Positions 42,688-56,909 of a DNA stretch of 64,000 bases are shown here, piece after piece. Both the position numbers and the translations under genes were made by a program. Below the pieces are notes generated by a model, which was not told where the DNA came from, ran no database searches, and saw only the letters and a program-made list of their open reading frames with translations. Numbering within the stretch: the stretch's first letter is position 1; the number at the start of each line of letters is the position of its first letter. Where the stretch lies: positions 15,562,001 to 15,626,000 of the forward strand of contig OX597821.1 of assembly GCA_951406725.2 (NCBI GenBank). Direction: 5' to 3'. This DNA is from Octopus vulgaris. Its lineage: Eukaryota.

Positions 42688-43140
42688 TTCTACTCTAGGC
42701 ACAAGGCCCGGAATTTTTGAGAAGGAGGCCAGTCGACCTCAGTACGCAACTGGTACTTAATTGATCGATTAAGACGGTGACCTGGCAGAAACGTTAACAC
42801 GCCGGTCCAAATGCCTAGCGGTATTTCATCTGCCGTTACGTTGTGAGTTCAAATTCCGTCGAGGTCGACTTTGCCTTTCATCCTTTCGGGGTCGATAAAT
42901 TAAGTACCTGTTACGCACTGGGGTCGATGTAATCGACTTAATACCTATGTCTGTCCTTGTTTGTCTCCTCTGTGTTTAGCCCCTTGTGGGTAATAAAGAA
43001 ATAGGTACTTAATTGATCGACCCAGAAAGGATGAAAGGCAAAGTCGACCTCAGCGGAATTTGATCTCAGGATGTAAAGACGGGTGAAATACCGCTAAGCA
43101 TTTCGCTCGGCGTGCTAACGATTCCGCCAGTTCACCATCG
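42688..43140. mobile_element. Family B SINE (+, about 42770-43003) inserted into an opposite-strand related SINE, with a 17-bp TSD
   Basis: ggtacttaattgatcga at 42752-42768 and 43004-43020. Confidence 0.88.
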
Positions 43141-43699
43141 AACAGTTAAGTATTAGCTATTTAATGAACTACACACTCCTGTAAAAATATGTAGCTTAAT
43201 GTGAGAAAGGAATATTACAAGAGGTACTCTGAGTTAATTACTGGCATATGTATACTCATTTACAATTACCAGTTTATATACGTATCTATGCATAAATATG
43301 TATTTGTGAATTGACATGTACTTGTATATATGAAGCCATGTACACGTAGTACTGAGATGGATGAGGGTAAAAATAGTTGTAGGATCCCAAAGGATAAAGC
43401 TGAGGCAAGGCTCACTAACCTAATATGAAAATACTTTTGGATTACATTTTCTTTTATCAAAACAAGCAAAAACAAAATGTGAAATCGCAATGCGATGGAA
43501 CAAGAAGTGCATACCTTACCTAATTAAATGCAGGATATATTTGGGAGAGCAATCGCAGGCAAGCATGAAATTTCAAAGAAAGTAATAAAAACTAATTTTG
43601 GGATTACCTAAAGGGAGAAAGAATGAATCAGGTGAGAGTTGTGGTAGGTCGGTGGATAGGAAGTTGTAGAAGTGTTCTTTCATGTCGGTAAGAAATGTG

Positions 43700-43932
43700 A
43701 AGGCGGCGAGCTGGCAGAAACGTTAGCATGCCGGGTGAAATGCTTAGATGTATTTTGTCTGCCGATACGTTCTGAGTTCAAATTCCGCCGAAGTCGATTT
43801 TGCCTTTCATCCTTTCGGGGTCGATTAAATAAGTACCAGTTACGCGCTGGGGTCGATATAATCGACTCAATCCCATTGTCTGTCCTTGTTTGTCCCCTCT
43901 CTGTGTAGGCCCTTGTGAACAGTAAAGAAATA
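43700..43932 (+). mobile_element. Full-length family B SINE
   Basis: Matches 42224-42456. Confidence 0.92.
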
Positions 43933-43999
43933 AGGAGTAACGCCGCATAATAATCTAATCAAATGAAATATTATATTAAGAATTTACAATAGCTCTAAT

Positions 44000-45070
44000 C
44001 AATGTTAGGAATGAATGTTGTCGGAAGTAGTGACACAGCCGTGGTATGTCTCGCTCATATTCCCCTCACTTGCAAAAATTGAAGCGGTGTCATTAGTCCT
44101 TGATCTGAGATTTCAAAAAATGCGACTAGTGGTGATAGGAAGTCAAAGAAAATAAATCAGTTGACGAACGGCAATGTTCAAACGGTCTTAAGATAAATTT
44201 TGGTAGATGAGTACGTGAAAGTAACTTTTTTCTCCAGAGGCTGAGTAACTGAATTTGTTTGAATTTTTGTTTCAGCCTCCGGTTTGCTAAAATAGTTGAA
44301 GTACCGCGATGAGATGTTTAAAAGATCGGTACTCATTTTCAAAGATCCATATTAGTAAGTTGTAGCGATACATGTTCGAATCTAACCTTCGGTTGGATGT
44401 TCAATATTGCATTAAGACGATAAAGTAGGCTTTAATCGGAGGCAGTTTGCCTTTGTTTGGAAGGAAACTTCTCAAATGATTTCAGTGAATGTAGTTTTGA
44501 GTATCGATATGTAGGTAGAATGCTCTCTAGTGAGTAGGATAAAGTTTCCTCTTCAACATAGAACAGTTTACACAACACTAGAGCGAGTGGGTAAAATGGT
44601 CTGAAGTGGTAAACAGTTCAGGCATGAAGTTGCTATGTAGGGACGTGATATACGAACAGTAACCATAAGGATGGAACTTGTATTGCCTGTTGGAATAAAA
44701 GATATAGAATTCACTGTTGGGTCTGCCTTTGAAGTATGGCGTTGTGGAGGTGAATGAGAAGCAGATATAATAGAAAGAAGAACGAGGAAATGACTGCTGA
44801 CATGATCAATGCTCTAATATGTAACGTAGTTGGTGTTTTGTAGAGTTTGTTAGGCTTAAAAGAGGGATCTGGTGTACATAGTATAATGAAAAAGAAGTCG
44901 TCACGATATATCAACGGTATAGAGATACAATTTGGTATGAAGAAAGATATTCAAGTAGAGATATCGATCGAAGAATATTAGGTGTCTAACGAAAGGAGAT
45001 TTACATGAGGACGATATATGTATAATGTAAATCGATAAATAGGAGCTGAATTCCACACAAATCACCTGTT
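44000..45070 (-). pseudogene. Highly decayed LINE ORF2 N-terminus (AP endonuclease-like)
   Basis: Minus-strand remnants VICVEF..., a frameshifted IYRPH and TSDHF (near 44600) occur in the order expected for an APE domain; many stops. Confidence 0.45.
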
Positions 45071-47769
45071 TTATATTTGCAAATGCGTTTTCTAAAAGAT
45101 CAGCAATGACAACAAAATTTCTTACGAAAGTACATCACTCAGTGAAATATATTTTAGAAGGATTCCTTCATGGCATACATTCTCCTTTTATCAGGTTGTT
45201 TTAAATTAGGTCTAATAATGTTCTTGGAATTATATCAATAAATTTTATATTTCGGTTTGATCATTTTTTTCTTGCCAATTAAACACGCCTACTATATATT
45301 ACTTCTTCACTTGTTTATTACTGTCCTTATTTTAATGTACATTGTTTGGAAATATTTCGTAACGCAACCTGTGGCCAGGATATGTTATGAAAGAACCTCA
45401 GGCAATGGTCATAAAATAAGAACAATAATAAGTGGAGAACGAATATTTAGTACGTGTGTTTATTTGGGAAGAAATAGAAAAGACCATCCCGAAGTATAAT
45501 TGTATTTCAACATACGATTTCACACCAGGAATCTTGCAAAATAAATTCATAAACGTATATCAATAATGCAAACCTACTTTTCATACGACTCAAATAATTT
45601 CTTCAAGCTTTAAATATCTACTTATCTTAGAAAATAACAAAGCAACATGCTTTCAATAGAACCTCTATATGACCCGAGCTTCTGTATCTAGCAATCACCT
45701 GAACTATTAGATATTGACCTCCTACCTAAAAAAGGAAATTTGCCTTTTATCTACAAAAGGAGAGCGATATGAGATAATATTGTACTAAATACACCACGGG
45801 AACCAAAATGATTAGGTCAGTGATGAAATAACTTTCATTATGGTCGTGATACATCACAGGAGGTCTGGTACTGAAGAATCACAACAGAAGAAATGCAACA
45901 TCTCAATGCAGCTAAGTTCAAGAATGACGGCATTTTCCGGTAAATTTTTCAGAATCATTAAAGTCAAAGAACATTTAAAATTGGTCGTACTATTATAATC
46001 ATACAACTGAGCTGAGCTACTATAATATTTAATAACATAATTATTATGATTACTAATGTATGCGTAGATTTTGTGGAATTCGAAACCATTTTGTAGTGAA
46101 AGCTCAACAATTCTCAGAACATTATCAAACGTGCTCTAATTATATTGCAGCTCAGACTTGAGGGCCCAGAATTAAATAATCCTTCCAGCATTTCACCAGT
46201 TCCTTTTTATTTGTGTTTTCCTTTTGTCTTGCGCCTAAGTCAAATAACCATTTACCTTGGCATCATTAACACTGCATGTTATGGCTTGTTCATTGAAGCA
46301 TACAATAGTTTCCTCTTTAACTGGATTCCATTTCGTCACATACAATTATGAGGGAATAAAGCTCAGTTCTCGAAACAAATATTTGTCAAATTTAAATGAT
46401 AAAAGCAAAAACAAAAATTGCAGAACGCGAACAAATTACAAAAAGTGGTTTTAGCCGAAACTGTATAGATATCTGGGTGTATAATTGTATATATATCTAT
46501 CGTTGTTATTTTTGTAAACTGTCGTATGTCCAAATTTGACCAAATGGCTTTCCGTTTTTTTTTTTTTCAATATTTGATTTAGCTTGCAACAGACGGTTCC
46601 GTTGGTCAAACTATCATATCTCCAGCTGCTTCGGAGAAAAATTGCCAAAGTGTAGTACAGCGGTTTAACATTTTTCAAAAGTGTAGTAAGCCTCACGTAC
46701 CAAAGTTTTGCGAAAGTATTTCTGACTGAAAATATTATACATGCTTAGCGTTATGCTTTTATGCAACCAACAAAGCATTATCCTTAAGCTGAAGCTGTTG
46801 CTAATATAAAAAGGAATGGAATGGTGCAACTATTTTTTCGTTTTCTGAAAAAGCAAGGCTTTGGCCTACGTCACTTTGTATAATAACAACGATTTATATA
46901 ATTAAAGAGTCACTTGCGCTAACAGTTAGGCAGCTGCTGTTGTTCCCTACCCAAATACCGAGCAGCTTAACATAATAAAAATCTATGTAAATACACAAAT
47001 CTTTCACTGCTTTTTCCTGAAATGTTAAGTTTAGTAAAACTGTCTTTGTTAGAAGCTTTCCTTGTTTCTCTACATAATCTAGTACACACGCACATACAGA
47101 CATATATTCATAAACCCACATCTGCTCTTAGGTAGACGAGCCTACGCCCCTAACGTTACAAACTTCTGCTAGTTCGCTTGAGCGCCAACGCCGTACTCCC
47201 TCATCTCTCACCTCGTTCTCGTATCTTTTCATAATTTTAGAACCAGACACACATGCACGCACACGTACACGTACACACACACACACAGACATGTATATAT
47301 TTGTCTATATATACTGACAGATCAATATAGAAAGACAGTGTGACAGAAATGTGGAAATATATATTTGATACATTTAAAATTAGTAGGCAAGAGACAAGTA
47401 TTGGAGGGCAATTTCATAGATTTACATTCGTTGAAATACTGCCAAAGTATTACAATTCATGTGATTCACTATATTTATATTATCGGAAAATTTCTTGATG
47501 GAATAAGTAAAGAAGACTAAGTTCATTTGATTTAAAAGTTTTTGGCAAGCTATTCAGAGATAACATTTTGAAGACACCTCATGATTGTTGTGTTATTTCC
47601 AATTCGGAAAGTAGATTATGTAAAAATGGAATCTTCTCTATTCTCAGTCACACAAGAGATAAATAAATTCGTTAACTGTTTCTTGATCACTTCAGATTTT
47701 TATAGAATTCATTCAGCTCGAACTTATTTGTACGTGCAGTTCCATATATACATACATACACATATCTAT

Positions 47770-48253
<484 letters not shown>

Positions 48254-50249
48254 AAATCAAAATATATAAAGTTATATCTTGAGTGACAACAACGCTCAAG
48301 ATATTCAACGGACTGGAAATAGAAGTGCTCTAATGAGCCGTATACACTTTCTTTTATCCGAGGGGATAATGTGTGCATACCATTTACTATGGCTGATGGA
48401 TCAAATCATATGCGTATAAAGTAGCATTCAGGATCGAAGAAAAGTTTCTGGGAGTACGTAATGTCTCGGTTCTGAATATGGCCGGTATGTGATTGTGTAT
48501 TTGTTCACGTTTACTATGTGTTGTATGTATAGGACATCCTGTTGAGGGGAGTGCCAATTTTGAGTATATGATATGTCTAGTATGAATTGGCGCATCTCCG
48601 AAACGGCCCGTAGATGGACTTCTATGTATCTTTGTAAACTTATTTTTTTTGTAAAGTTGTATAATTATTATCTTCTATGTACATTTCGCTGGAATTTTAA
48701 GTCGTCTTTTAATATGCCATTATATGCTTTATTTTTTATTTATTATTATTATATTTATTTCTCTTATTGTAACAAATTTATACTAAATGTTTTAAGCATA
48801 AATTCAAGGTGTTATATGCAAAATTTATATTTTTATATTTTTGAGATACTAGTTAGAGAAATATATTGGACAGTATTTAAACGTTTGTACTTCCCTTCAG
48901 TCTAGTTATCAGTGATCTCTGTAGTCACCACAAGAAAACCTGTTTAAGGCGTAAACCACACAATGCAATACCATCCTTCAACAGCTAACGCAGATAAGAA
49001 TGAAATGCTTCATTCCACCATTATGATATACCTGGTACGATTGTTTTTAGTTTTAGCCGATATATTTCATTATTGAGCATTCTCTTAGTACATTTACCAC
49101 CAGAAAATTAACGAGCTTGACCAGCCCTGAGTTTCTAGGAAGATGAAATAAACACCTATTCACAATTAGAACTGTAGCAGATATGATAGCTATTTTTCGG
49201 TATTTAAATATCCTCATACTGTAATATTATGAGTGTTTCGTTATTTAACAGTTCTCAAGAGACGTTGCTTTATGAAAATTTGAACTAGAATGCATATCAA
49301 AGGCGAACCTCTAGGGGCTCCCTGGATGTGAAGATAAACTATTATGAAACTATTATGAAGCATAATATATATGGAAAAACATATTTTGTCCAGTATATAT
49401 GAATTGAAAATATTTCAGTATCTTAACAAAACTCGCTGTATAAGCCCCAAAAGCGTATACAATGCCGGTTTAGACCAAGTGACACTATACTACTATATGT
49501 AAACATAGCACAATATCTCTGCTGAGATATAGACCATTACAGGGACATTGACCTACTTAATATTATTCCAGTCTAAACGAGCATATTATTAAATAAATAT
49601 GCCTTAGGTAGTTGGATAATGATATTGCAATGTAGCGCCGTACTTTAAAACTATATAGACCTATGTTTATGTAGCAACATATAGTTAGATATCATTGCGT
49701 CTCAAAACTGTACGGAAACAGCTTCGAAGACGGAACTAATCTTAAAATTTACATTTGTGTAGTACACACGGAAACGATATGCAAAATACTTCCAAATTTT
49801 TAACTGATTACATGTTTTTCTGTTCAATAAAATAGTATCTCCTTGGGTAAACCAATATTTCTCATCGATATGATACGGAAGATGTGATAAAAGATTACCA
49901 GTCAACAAGCAAAAATAGATTCAAGCTAACCACTCTGTGAAGGGTCCTTGAAGGACAGCGTCATTGATTGGCGAGTAAATAACATATAAATGGGACGAAA
50001 ATTTTGCATGTGGCGAATGTTGTGCTTTGGCGTATAACAATAAAACAGTATCAAATCATAGAAAAATAAAAAAACTAAGAAAGAGGAATCAATACGAGAC
50101 AGTATCGATATCGAATATATTAAATAATATTAATTGTCTACGCTTCATAAGATAATCGTCAGCTTGTCTCTAGATCTTGTATATCAGTCTATAAACGAAG
50201 AAGTAAACACGCTAATATCATCCAATATAAGAAACATGTCAGGATATGG

Positions 50250-51700
50250 TCGGCAGCAAGTAGTGTCCAAAAGAGTTTTCGTCAGTATTTTGTGGAATTT
50301 GCAGAAGTAAAAGTGCAGAGTGATGGATTTCTGTAACCTTTTACAAGCTTGAAATGAGCCTTGCCTAACAGTAGTTTCTAGTCGATTAGTGAATTAGCCA
50401 ATGAACAGCGTTGGTATTCCAGGAAGCTGTGAGCAGTTGAATGCAACAGTTAGTGCTTCATAGCGGAAGAGAAAAAGCTCATAAAGTATAATTGCTGTTA
50501 TCAACACTTTTAGATAGTTATGAGAATACAATACATATTTTCTGGGTTTTGTTTTATAATTGCCAACTAATTCAGAGTTAGCCATTCCTGTTAAGTACAT
50601 GAAAATCAATGAGGTTCACAGCACACGTATGATCACAGGTAGTGAAATAGAGGAAATAACTATCTTGTAAAAGACCGGGCCTCGTTATCACCTCATCAAT
50701 CAGAGTTTTTGATAAAAGTGATCGTGACTAACACCGTTACTACTTTGAGTAATGAATGACACATATTTTAGTACATTGGCTTTAGTAATTTTTTTTTATT
50801 ACTTAGGCCGAACTATAGTGGAACTTGCAATGACCTACTCTGACCTATACAGAAGTATGAATTCAATGCAAAAATGACTGAGAAGGTTGCGAATGGTGGA
50901 GAAATACGTCTGATACCAAGATTAGCTTGTATGAGAGAAAATTAATACCAAGATGAGCATATGGGCTTGTACAGAAGTTGTAGAGAACTATTTAGCAAAG
51001 TCGATTTAGCAGGGACAGAGTGAAGAAAAAACCTGTTGTAGTATATGATGTCTAGTGAACGTTTGTTAAACAGTTTGATTGCATATTGTTTCTGATATAT
51101 GTAGCAAAACAGACGTGATTTGATATATAATAAACGTTTATCCGAATATCGCCTATAAATGCAGTATTTGTTATAACCATTCATCAGCGAATATGAGGTT
51201 ATTAAGTGAAAATTAATAAACATTCAGACTGCTAGGTAATGTGCGGTATGTAAGTTTTGAGAGTGTTAAATAAAGAGATCATAGAAGCTCCAGTGATTAA
51301 AAATGTTTCTGATAATAAAGTGAGAAAGGAACAAAGAATGGTTAAATAAAAGACTAGCAAGAAAATATTATTGGTCAAGTGCTTAGGTATACGCAATAGA
51401 TTATAGAATGAAAGTGCGGGAAAGAGTCACATGAAAAATATGAGAGTAGGTTTCAATAAAATCACTGAAAAAGAAATGCAAAATTAGAACAGACCCTGAA
51501 CAGGAAATTTTGAGAAATAGATATATTGATAGAGAATAATCGATTGTAAGTGGAAGATGTGGTAGAGAGGAGATTTATCGCGAATATTGTAATATGTTTC
51601 TAAACAGTTTCAAAGGCCACTAGTTCAAAAGAATTGTATGTCTATAGCTTTGAACATGGAGGCGCCATTGCAGTTGTTTCGAGTAGTGCTTCAGTACGTG
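50250..51700 (-). pseudogene. Highly decayed LINE reverse transcriptase (CR1/L2/Jockey group)
   Basis: Ordered minus-strand remnants: MFKAID (about 51650, cf. DFSKAFD), VQGSVL (about 51495, cf. PQGSVL), a degenerate FADD region (about 51430) and NLGI (about 50915). Confidence 0.55.
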
Positions 51701-52973
51701 AGAGAGATTTTCCCTTCAGTTATTATATCATACTAACATTTTACTGTGACGTGCTTATCATTGTATATCGGTGCATTGTAAAAGACGGAAAAACATTAAG
51801 ATAATTTCGATAAAAGAAACAAAAGTGAGGAGTGTACGCATGTAAAGTCCAATATCATCACGTATATTTTTCCCAAATTCAACTATAAAGAAAATCAATA
51901 ACACAGTGTTACATTGACAGATATATTAATATCTTTCTTGGTGAAAAGTAATTTTGTAAATGAATAACAAAGTCGATATGCTGGTGTATTGTTTTTTACA
52001 GCGAAATATTTGAAAATTAGGAAGGCGAAACCAGACAGGATAATACAACGGAATCACGAGATAAATACAGAATTAAAAATTATGAAGTTATCATAATAAT
52101 TTTTGACACGCTGTTCTAATTCGACAATAATGAACTCAAATGAAAGTAACACGTATACTGGTTATCCTTATTTGAGATAATTATTGCAATAAGATTAAAT
52201 GATCTCAAAATTTTACTTAAGAGTCATGGAGGTTGTGAAAACAACTAAAAGAGACAGCTTGATAAAAGAATTCTAATATCATAAAAATAATTCTAAATAT
52301 TTTAAACTTGAAACTTATTTCTAAATAAGTTATGCAAACTAAGATTAGCTCCAGTAAAGGTTATTGGTCGAAAATATAAAGTAAATCCGGAACCAAGAAC
52401 CAAAATATTCACGACTCAGGAACTTGATCCATTAGGCCATTGCGTATTTTTGTAATTTATATTTGCATAGGAGACAGTCTGTCATGGTGAGTCTCACTGG
52501 ATGTAAGTAGTTATTTCTAGAAGTGTTGTTCAGTGCCGCATTTGGCAATTTTAAGGAGAGAGGATAGAGCGGAAACTTACTACTACAGCAGTACGTCTTT
52601 GTAGAGAGTAATTGGGAAAGAATGTCAGAAATATATGTATGTGTGTATATCTATCTATCTATCTATATATCTATCTATATATATATATATATTTATATTC
52701 TGTAAATAATAATAATGCCATTTTTTATAAGATTAAAGCTTAAAGCTATCACCGCGCAAGTGACAAAGGAAAAATAGTCTATTAATGAGGCATATATGCC
52801 CTCGATAGAAAGAAAAGTAGGCTTTCCAGGAAAAGCCTACTTTTTTCTGTCTTTTGCATGGCGATCGCTATAAACTTTCATCTTATAAAAGAAAAGAAAA
52901 TTGTTATTTACAGAATTGTAAACCTCGGCACCGCCTACCAAAATCATTCGCATAGAAATATATATATATACAT

Positions 52974-53009
<36 letters not shown>

Positions 53010-53329
53010 GAGAGAGAGAGAGAGAGAGAGCGGCACAAGGAAAGAGAGTAGAAAAATGAAGAAATTTGCAAACTATAAATGGTAAGATTTGTCTATTTTC
53101 CACGATAGATTTAGTGATCTTGTTACAAAAAATTTTAATTTCAGTTCTTATTGGACAATAATAGTGTGTTTCAGAGAAGTACTTGTCTGGAAAGGGATTT
53201 GATCTGAGGCAATGTGTTTAAACACTAGGTTTTACAGCGTGGAAAGCACAAAAGAGCCATTGGAGATACTAGTTAATAAATGTTTTGTTTATTGTGAGTT
53301 GGGCATAATTTATTGCGTGCCAATTATTA

Positions 53330-55320
53330 TTTCAGTAAGTTGTGTCCAACTCTGAGACAATTTCGCCTGCTCTCGGCGGCTGCCGTTTTTGTGTTTATTG
53401 AAAAAAAAACAGTGGAGGGGCGTATCCGTCTTCGATAAATTGAGTGAATATTTTTTTCACGTAATTATGAGAATTGTATTGTGCTGTAAAGAACTTTTTG
53501 TGAAAACTGCTATATAGGGGAGTATTTTGCCTCCGAAGTTTGAACAAGTTTTACCAATTTTACACCAAGTTTTGTGGAAGTTGTGCGTTCCTGGTTCAAT
53601 TTAGGCCGGGAGTACCAAATGGCCAGAAGGTTTTTGCTGTGTTATTGACTTTCTTTTTAACTTTATTTGACTCTCTCCTTTTTCACTGTGACTTTCTTCG
53701 GATTTCCTTTTCTTCTCGTTTTTTAGTTTTATTCTGAATACATTTTAAAAAAAACCAAAAAAAAAACAAAAAAAGAACATGGCAATGAAAAATAACAAAC
53801 TTTTGGAATGGGAGATCATACCGCCTAAAAAGTGGTTAAAAGACCGTGAAGATAGGACGGTGGTGTTGAGAACCTACTCCAAGGCACTCGACACCATCGC
53901 CCTATTCGAAAAGATGATGGAAGAGCATCACAAGGGAGCACCTTTAGCCTTCACACAGGACCCCGAATGGCCTCCGCAGGTAGCTGTGGAGGCCATGACG
54001 CTTGGGCTAAAGGAGTTCAAGGAAGACTATAACTTGGTCCCGGGCGACCAAGTTATTCGAAAAGACGGCAATTGAAAAGGAGTTGGAAGAGTATTTGCCA
54101 ACAATTAAATTCATTTCCAGGGGTGTCAAATATGCAACGGTGTGGCTGCTATTTGACACCCCTGAAGAAGCTTGCAAATTTGCTAGCAAACCCCTGGAGG
54201 GTAAGGGAATCTTATTCCTGCCCACGTACAAAAAAAGAAATTGATGAAAACTTGGATTTGCGGTCTGCCACCCGACATAGAACCCGAGTGGATAGAGGAG
54301 ACTATCCGCCGGGGTCTGGGTGGCAGTGAAACTAAGCTCCTTAATGTAAAAGTTCTTCCTGCGAAAGAACTGAACGTATTGGTTGGGTCTAAGAGGAGGA
54401 GAAATTGAAAAAGTGATGGAAGAGCATCAGCCAATCTGGTTCACCAGGTAGCCGGTGACACAGGGTCACCCCCTAATGTGCCTCATCGGTGCTGTGGAGG
54501 CCGTGACGCTTGGGCTAAAGGAGTTCAAGGAAGACTATAACTTGGTCCCGGGCGACCAAGTTATTCGAAAAGACGGCAATTGAAAAGGAGTTGGAAGAGT
54601 ATTTGCCAACAATTAAATTCATTTCCAGGGGTGTCAAAATGGGTGCTCACTGCTATTTGACACCCCTGAGGAGAAGCTTGCAAATTTGCTAGCCACCCCT
54701 GGAGGGTAGAATCTTATTCCTGCCCACGTACAAAAAAAGAAAAAGATGAAAAAAACTTGGATTTGCATCTACCACCTGACATAGCACCCGAGTGGATAGA
54801 GGAGACTATCCGTCGGGGTCTGGGGTTGTGCCAGTGAAACTAAGGAATACCGTTGGCGTAAAAGTTCTTCCTGCGAAAGAACTGAACGTATTGGTCCTCT
54901 TCTATAGAGGAGGAGAAATTGAAAAAGTGATGGAAGAGCATCACAAGGGAGCACCTTTAGCCTTCACACAGGACCCCGAATGGCCTCCGCAGGTAGCTGT
55001 GGAGGCCGTGACGCTTGGGCTAAAGGAGTTCAAGGAAGACTATAACTTGGTCCCGGGCGACGCTGACTCGGAACTTGATTACGTTCTGAGGGAGGCGTGG
55101 TTGATGGTGGAGGTCGCGGGCACAAGCGACTTCGAGGACGATATGTAATTATTGAACTGTTATTATTAGTAATGGACTGCTAAGTCCAAAAATTGAAAAA
55201 ATTGTAAGAGGTTTAATACCTCGTTTTGTGTTTATTTTTATTAATAATGGACTGCTAAATCCAAAAATTGGAAAAATTGTAAGAGGTTTAATACCTCGTT
55301 TTGTGTTTATCCTTAAAAAG
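53330..55320 (+). mobile_element. Rearranged element with 5' UTR and an ORF1-like protein, tentatively L1/Tx1-type and non-autonomous
   Basis: ATG 53779. Reconstructed reading: EDRTVVLRTYS...LFEKTAIEKELEEYLPTIKFISRGVKYATVWLLFDTPEEACKFASKPLEG..LFLPTY...TWICGLPPDIEPEWIEE...TSDFEDDM* (55148), an RRM-like ORF1 pattern. Internal tandem repeats of about 505 bp; 75-bp tandem repeat in the 3' UTR. Family assignment is inference. Confidence 0.55.
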
Positions 55321-55477
55321 AACAATGTTTTAGAGAAGCGAAAGTCGGCGGGCGCTTTTTGTCTTCTCCCATCCTTATCATCTTTCTTTCATTATCATTC
55401 ACTTCATTAATGTCCTCGTCCAGCCCGCAAAGCTAACTTAATCTGTGTACTGCCTTTATGGCAAATGTTTTGAAATA

Positions 55478-55855
55478 AAGTAGCTTGCTTTCGAACCACA
55501 TGGTTCCGGGTTCATTCCCACTGCGTAGCACCTTGGACAAGTATTTTCTACTATAGCCTCGGGCCGACCAAAGCCTTGTGAGTGGATTATGTATATATAT
55601 GTATGTATGTTTGTATGTATGTATGTATGTATGTATGTATGTATGTATGTATGTGTGTCTATGTTTGTCCACCCCAACATCGCTTATCAACAGATGGTGG
55701 GGTGTTTACGTCGCCGTAACCTAGGGGTTCGGCGAAAGGGACCGATAGAATAATACTAGGCTTACAAGGAATAAGTCCTGCGGTCGATTTGCTCGACTAA
55801 AGACGGTGCTCCAGCATGGCCACAGTCAAATGACTGAAACAATTAAAAGAGTAAA

Positions 55856-55860
<5 letters not shown>
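55478..55860 (+). mobile_element. Family A SINE, slightly 5'-truncated
   Basis: Matches 23751-24150; internal (TATG)n; tail runs into (GA)n. Confidence 0.9.
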
Positions 55861-55902
<42 letters not shown>

Positions 55903-56160
55903 GTGTGTTTTTAATGGCTAATATATGCCTTCGAAGCTGCCATTCTAACAACCATGTCGCTATACCGAAGGGTTCAAGAAGCAAAGAACTACAAAGCATA
56001 AAAATATATATGAACTGTTGCAGATCACAAGGCCAGATTTTGAACATCATTTTTCGTATTCTGTTTTGTAAAAAAGAAGTAGTTGCTTCAAAAAATGTTG
56101 TTATTAGTTAAGTTATTAACTTTAACATAGGATGGGAAATATATATATATTTATATATAT

Positions 56161-56365
56161 AGTTAATCCAAACAAGAAAACACAAAAAAAACACAACGAC
56201 GCAAGGACGTGGAACAAATAAAGTATTATTGGACGCTCAGGAAAGAAGGGAAGAAGGAGGGTTCAACGTTTCGAGCGGAGCTCTTCGTCGGAAACATAGG
56301 AGAAGGAAAGATCCCGAGAAGGGAAGACAGAGGAAAAAAATCGCCAACGGTACACACGAGGTCAC

Positions 56366-56366
<1 letters not shown>
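56161..56366 (-). mobile_element. About 200-bp PLE-type solo terminal repeat with hammerhead motif (56261-56295)
   Basis: GUUU-CCGACGA-AGAGC(UCC)GCUC-GAAA-CG-UU-GAAC with palindromic stem III ACGU. TA tracts on both sides; homologous to 23001-23190. Confidence 0.75.
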
Positions 56367-56425
<59 letters not shown>

Positions 56426-56827
56426 AATTTGATCTCTAAATGTACAAGGTTTTTAAATTTCTCTCTGTTCAATTCCTCATGTTCCTTCCTGTTGGAGAGC
56501 GTAGGCTCGAAACATAAAAGACTTTCTCACTTTCCTGCTTCTTGTTTCTACACCTGTCTTCGTCTTTTGATTTTCTGTGAATTTCAACTATATATGTGTG
56601 TGTATGTGTATGTGTCTATGCATGTCTATGATATACATTTACGCTCACATACAGATAGAAAGATATATGCATACAGACAGGCAAATAACCTGATTGACAA
56701 ATAGAAATGGATTCAGATATATAGATATGTATAGCTAGGTTATTATGAAGATGGTCATATATACTGTAGTTAATTTAAAATATAAATATTGTTGGATGGG
56801 ATAAACTGATATATAGCGATATGAATT

Positions 56828-56909
<82 letters not shown>

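Noticed and set aside
48300-48620. Possible decayed GIY-YIG remnant on the minus strand
   Set aside because: Only a vague terminal YPLG-like match with many stops; insufficient without a profile search.
53900-55060. Regularly spaced repeats as a CRISPR-like array
   Set aside because: Units are about 505 bp of duplicated coding-like sequence with no unique spacers; eukaryotic context.
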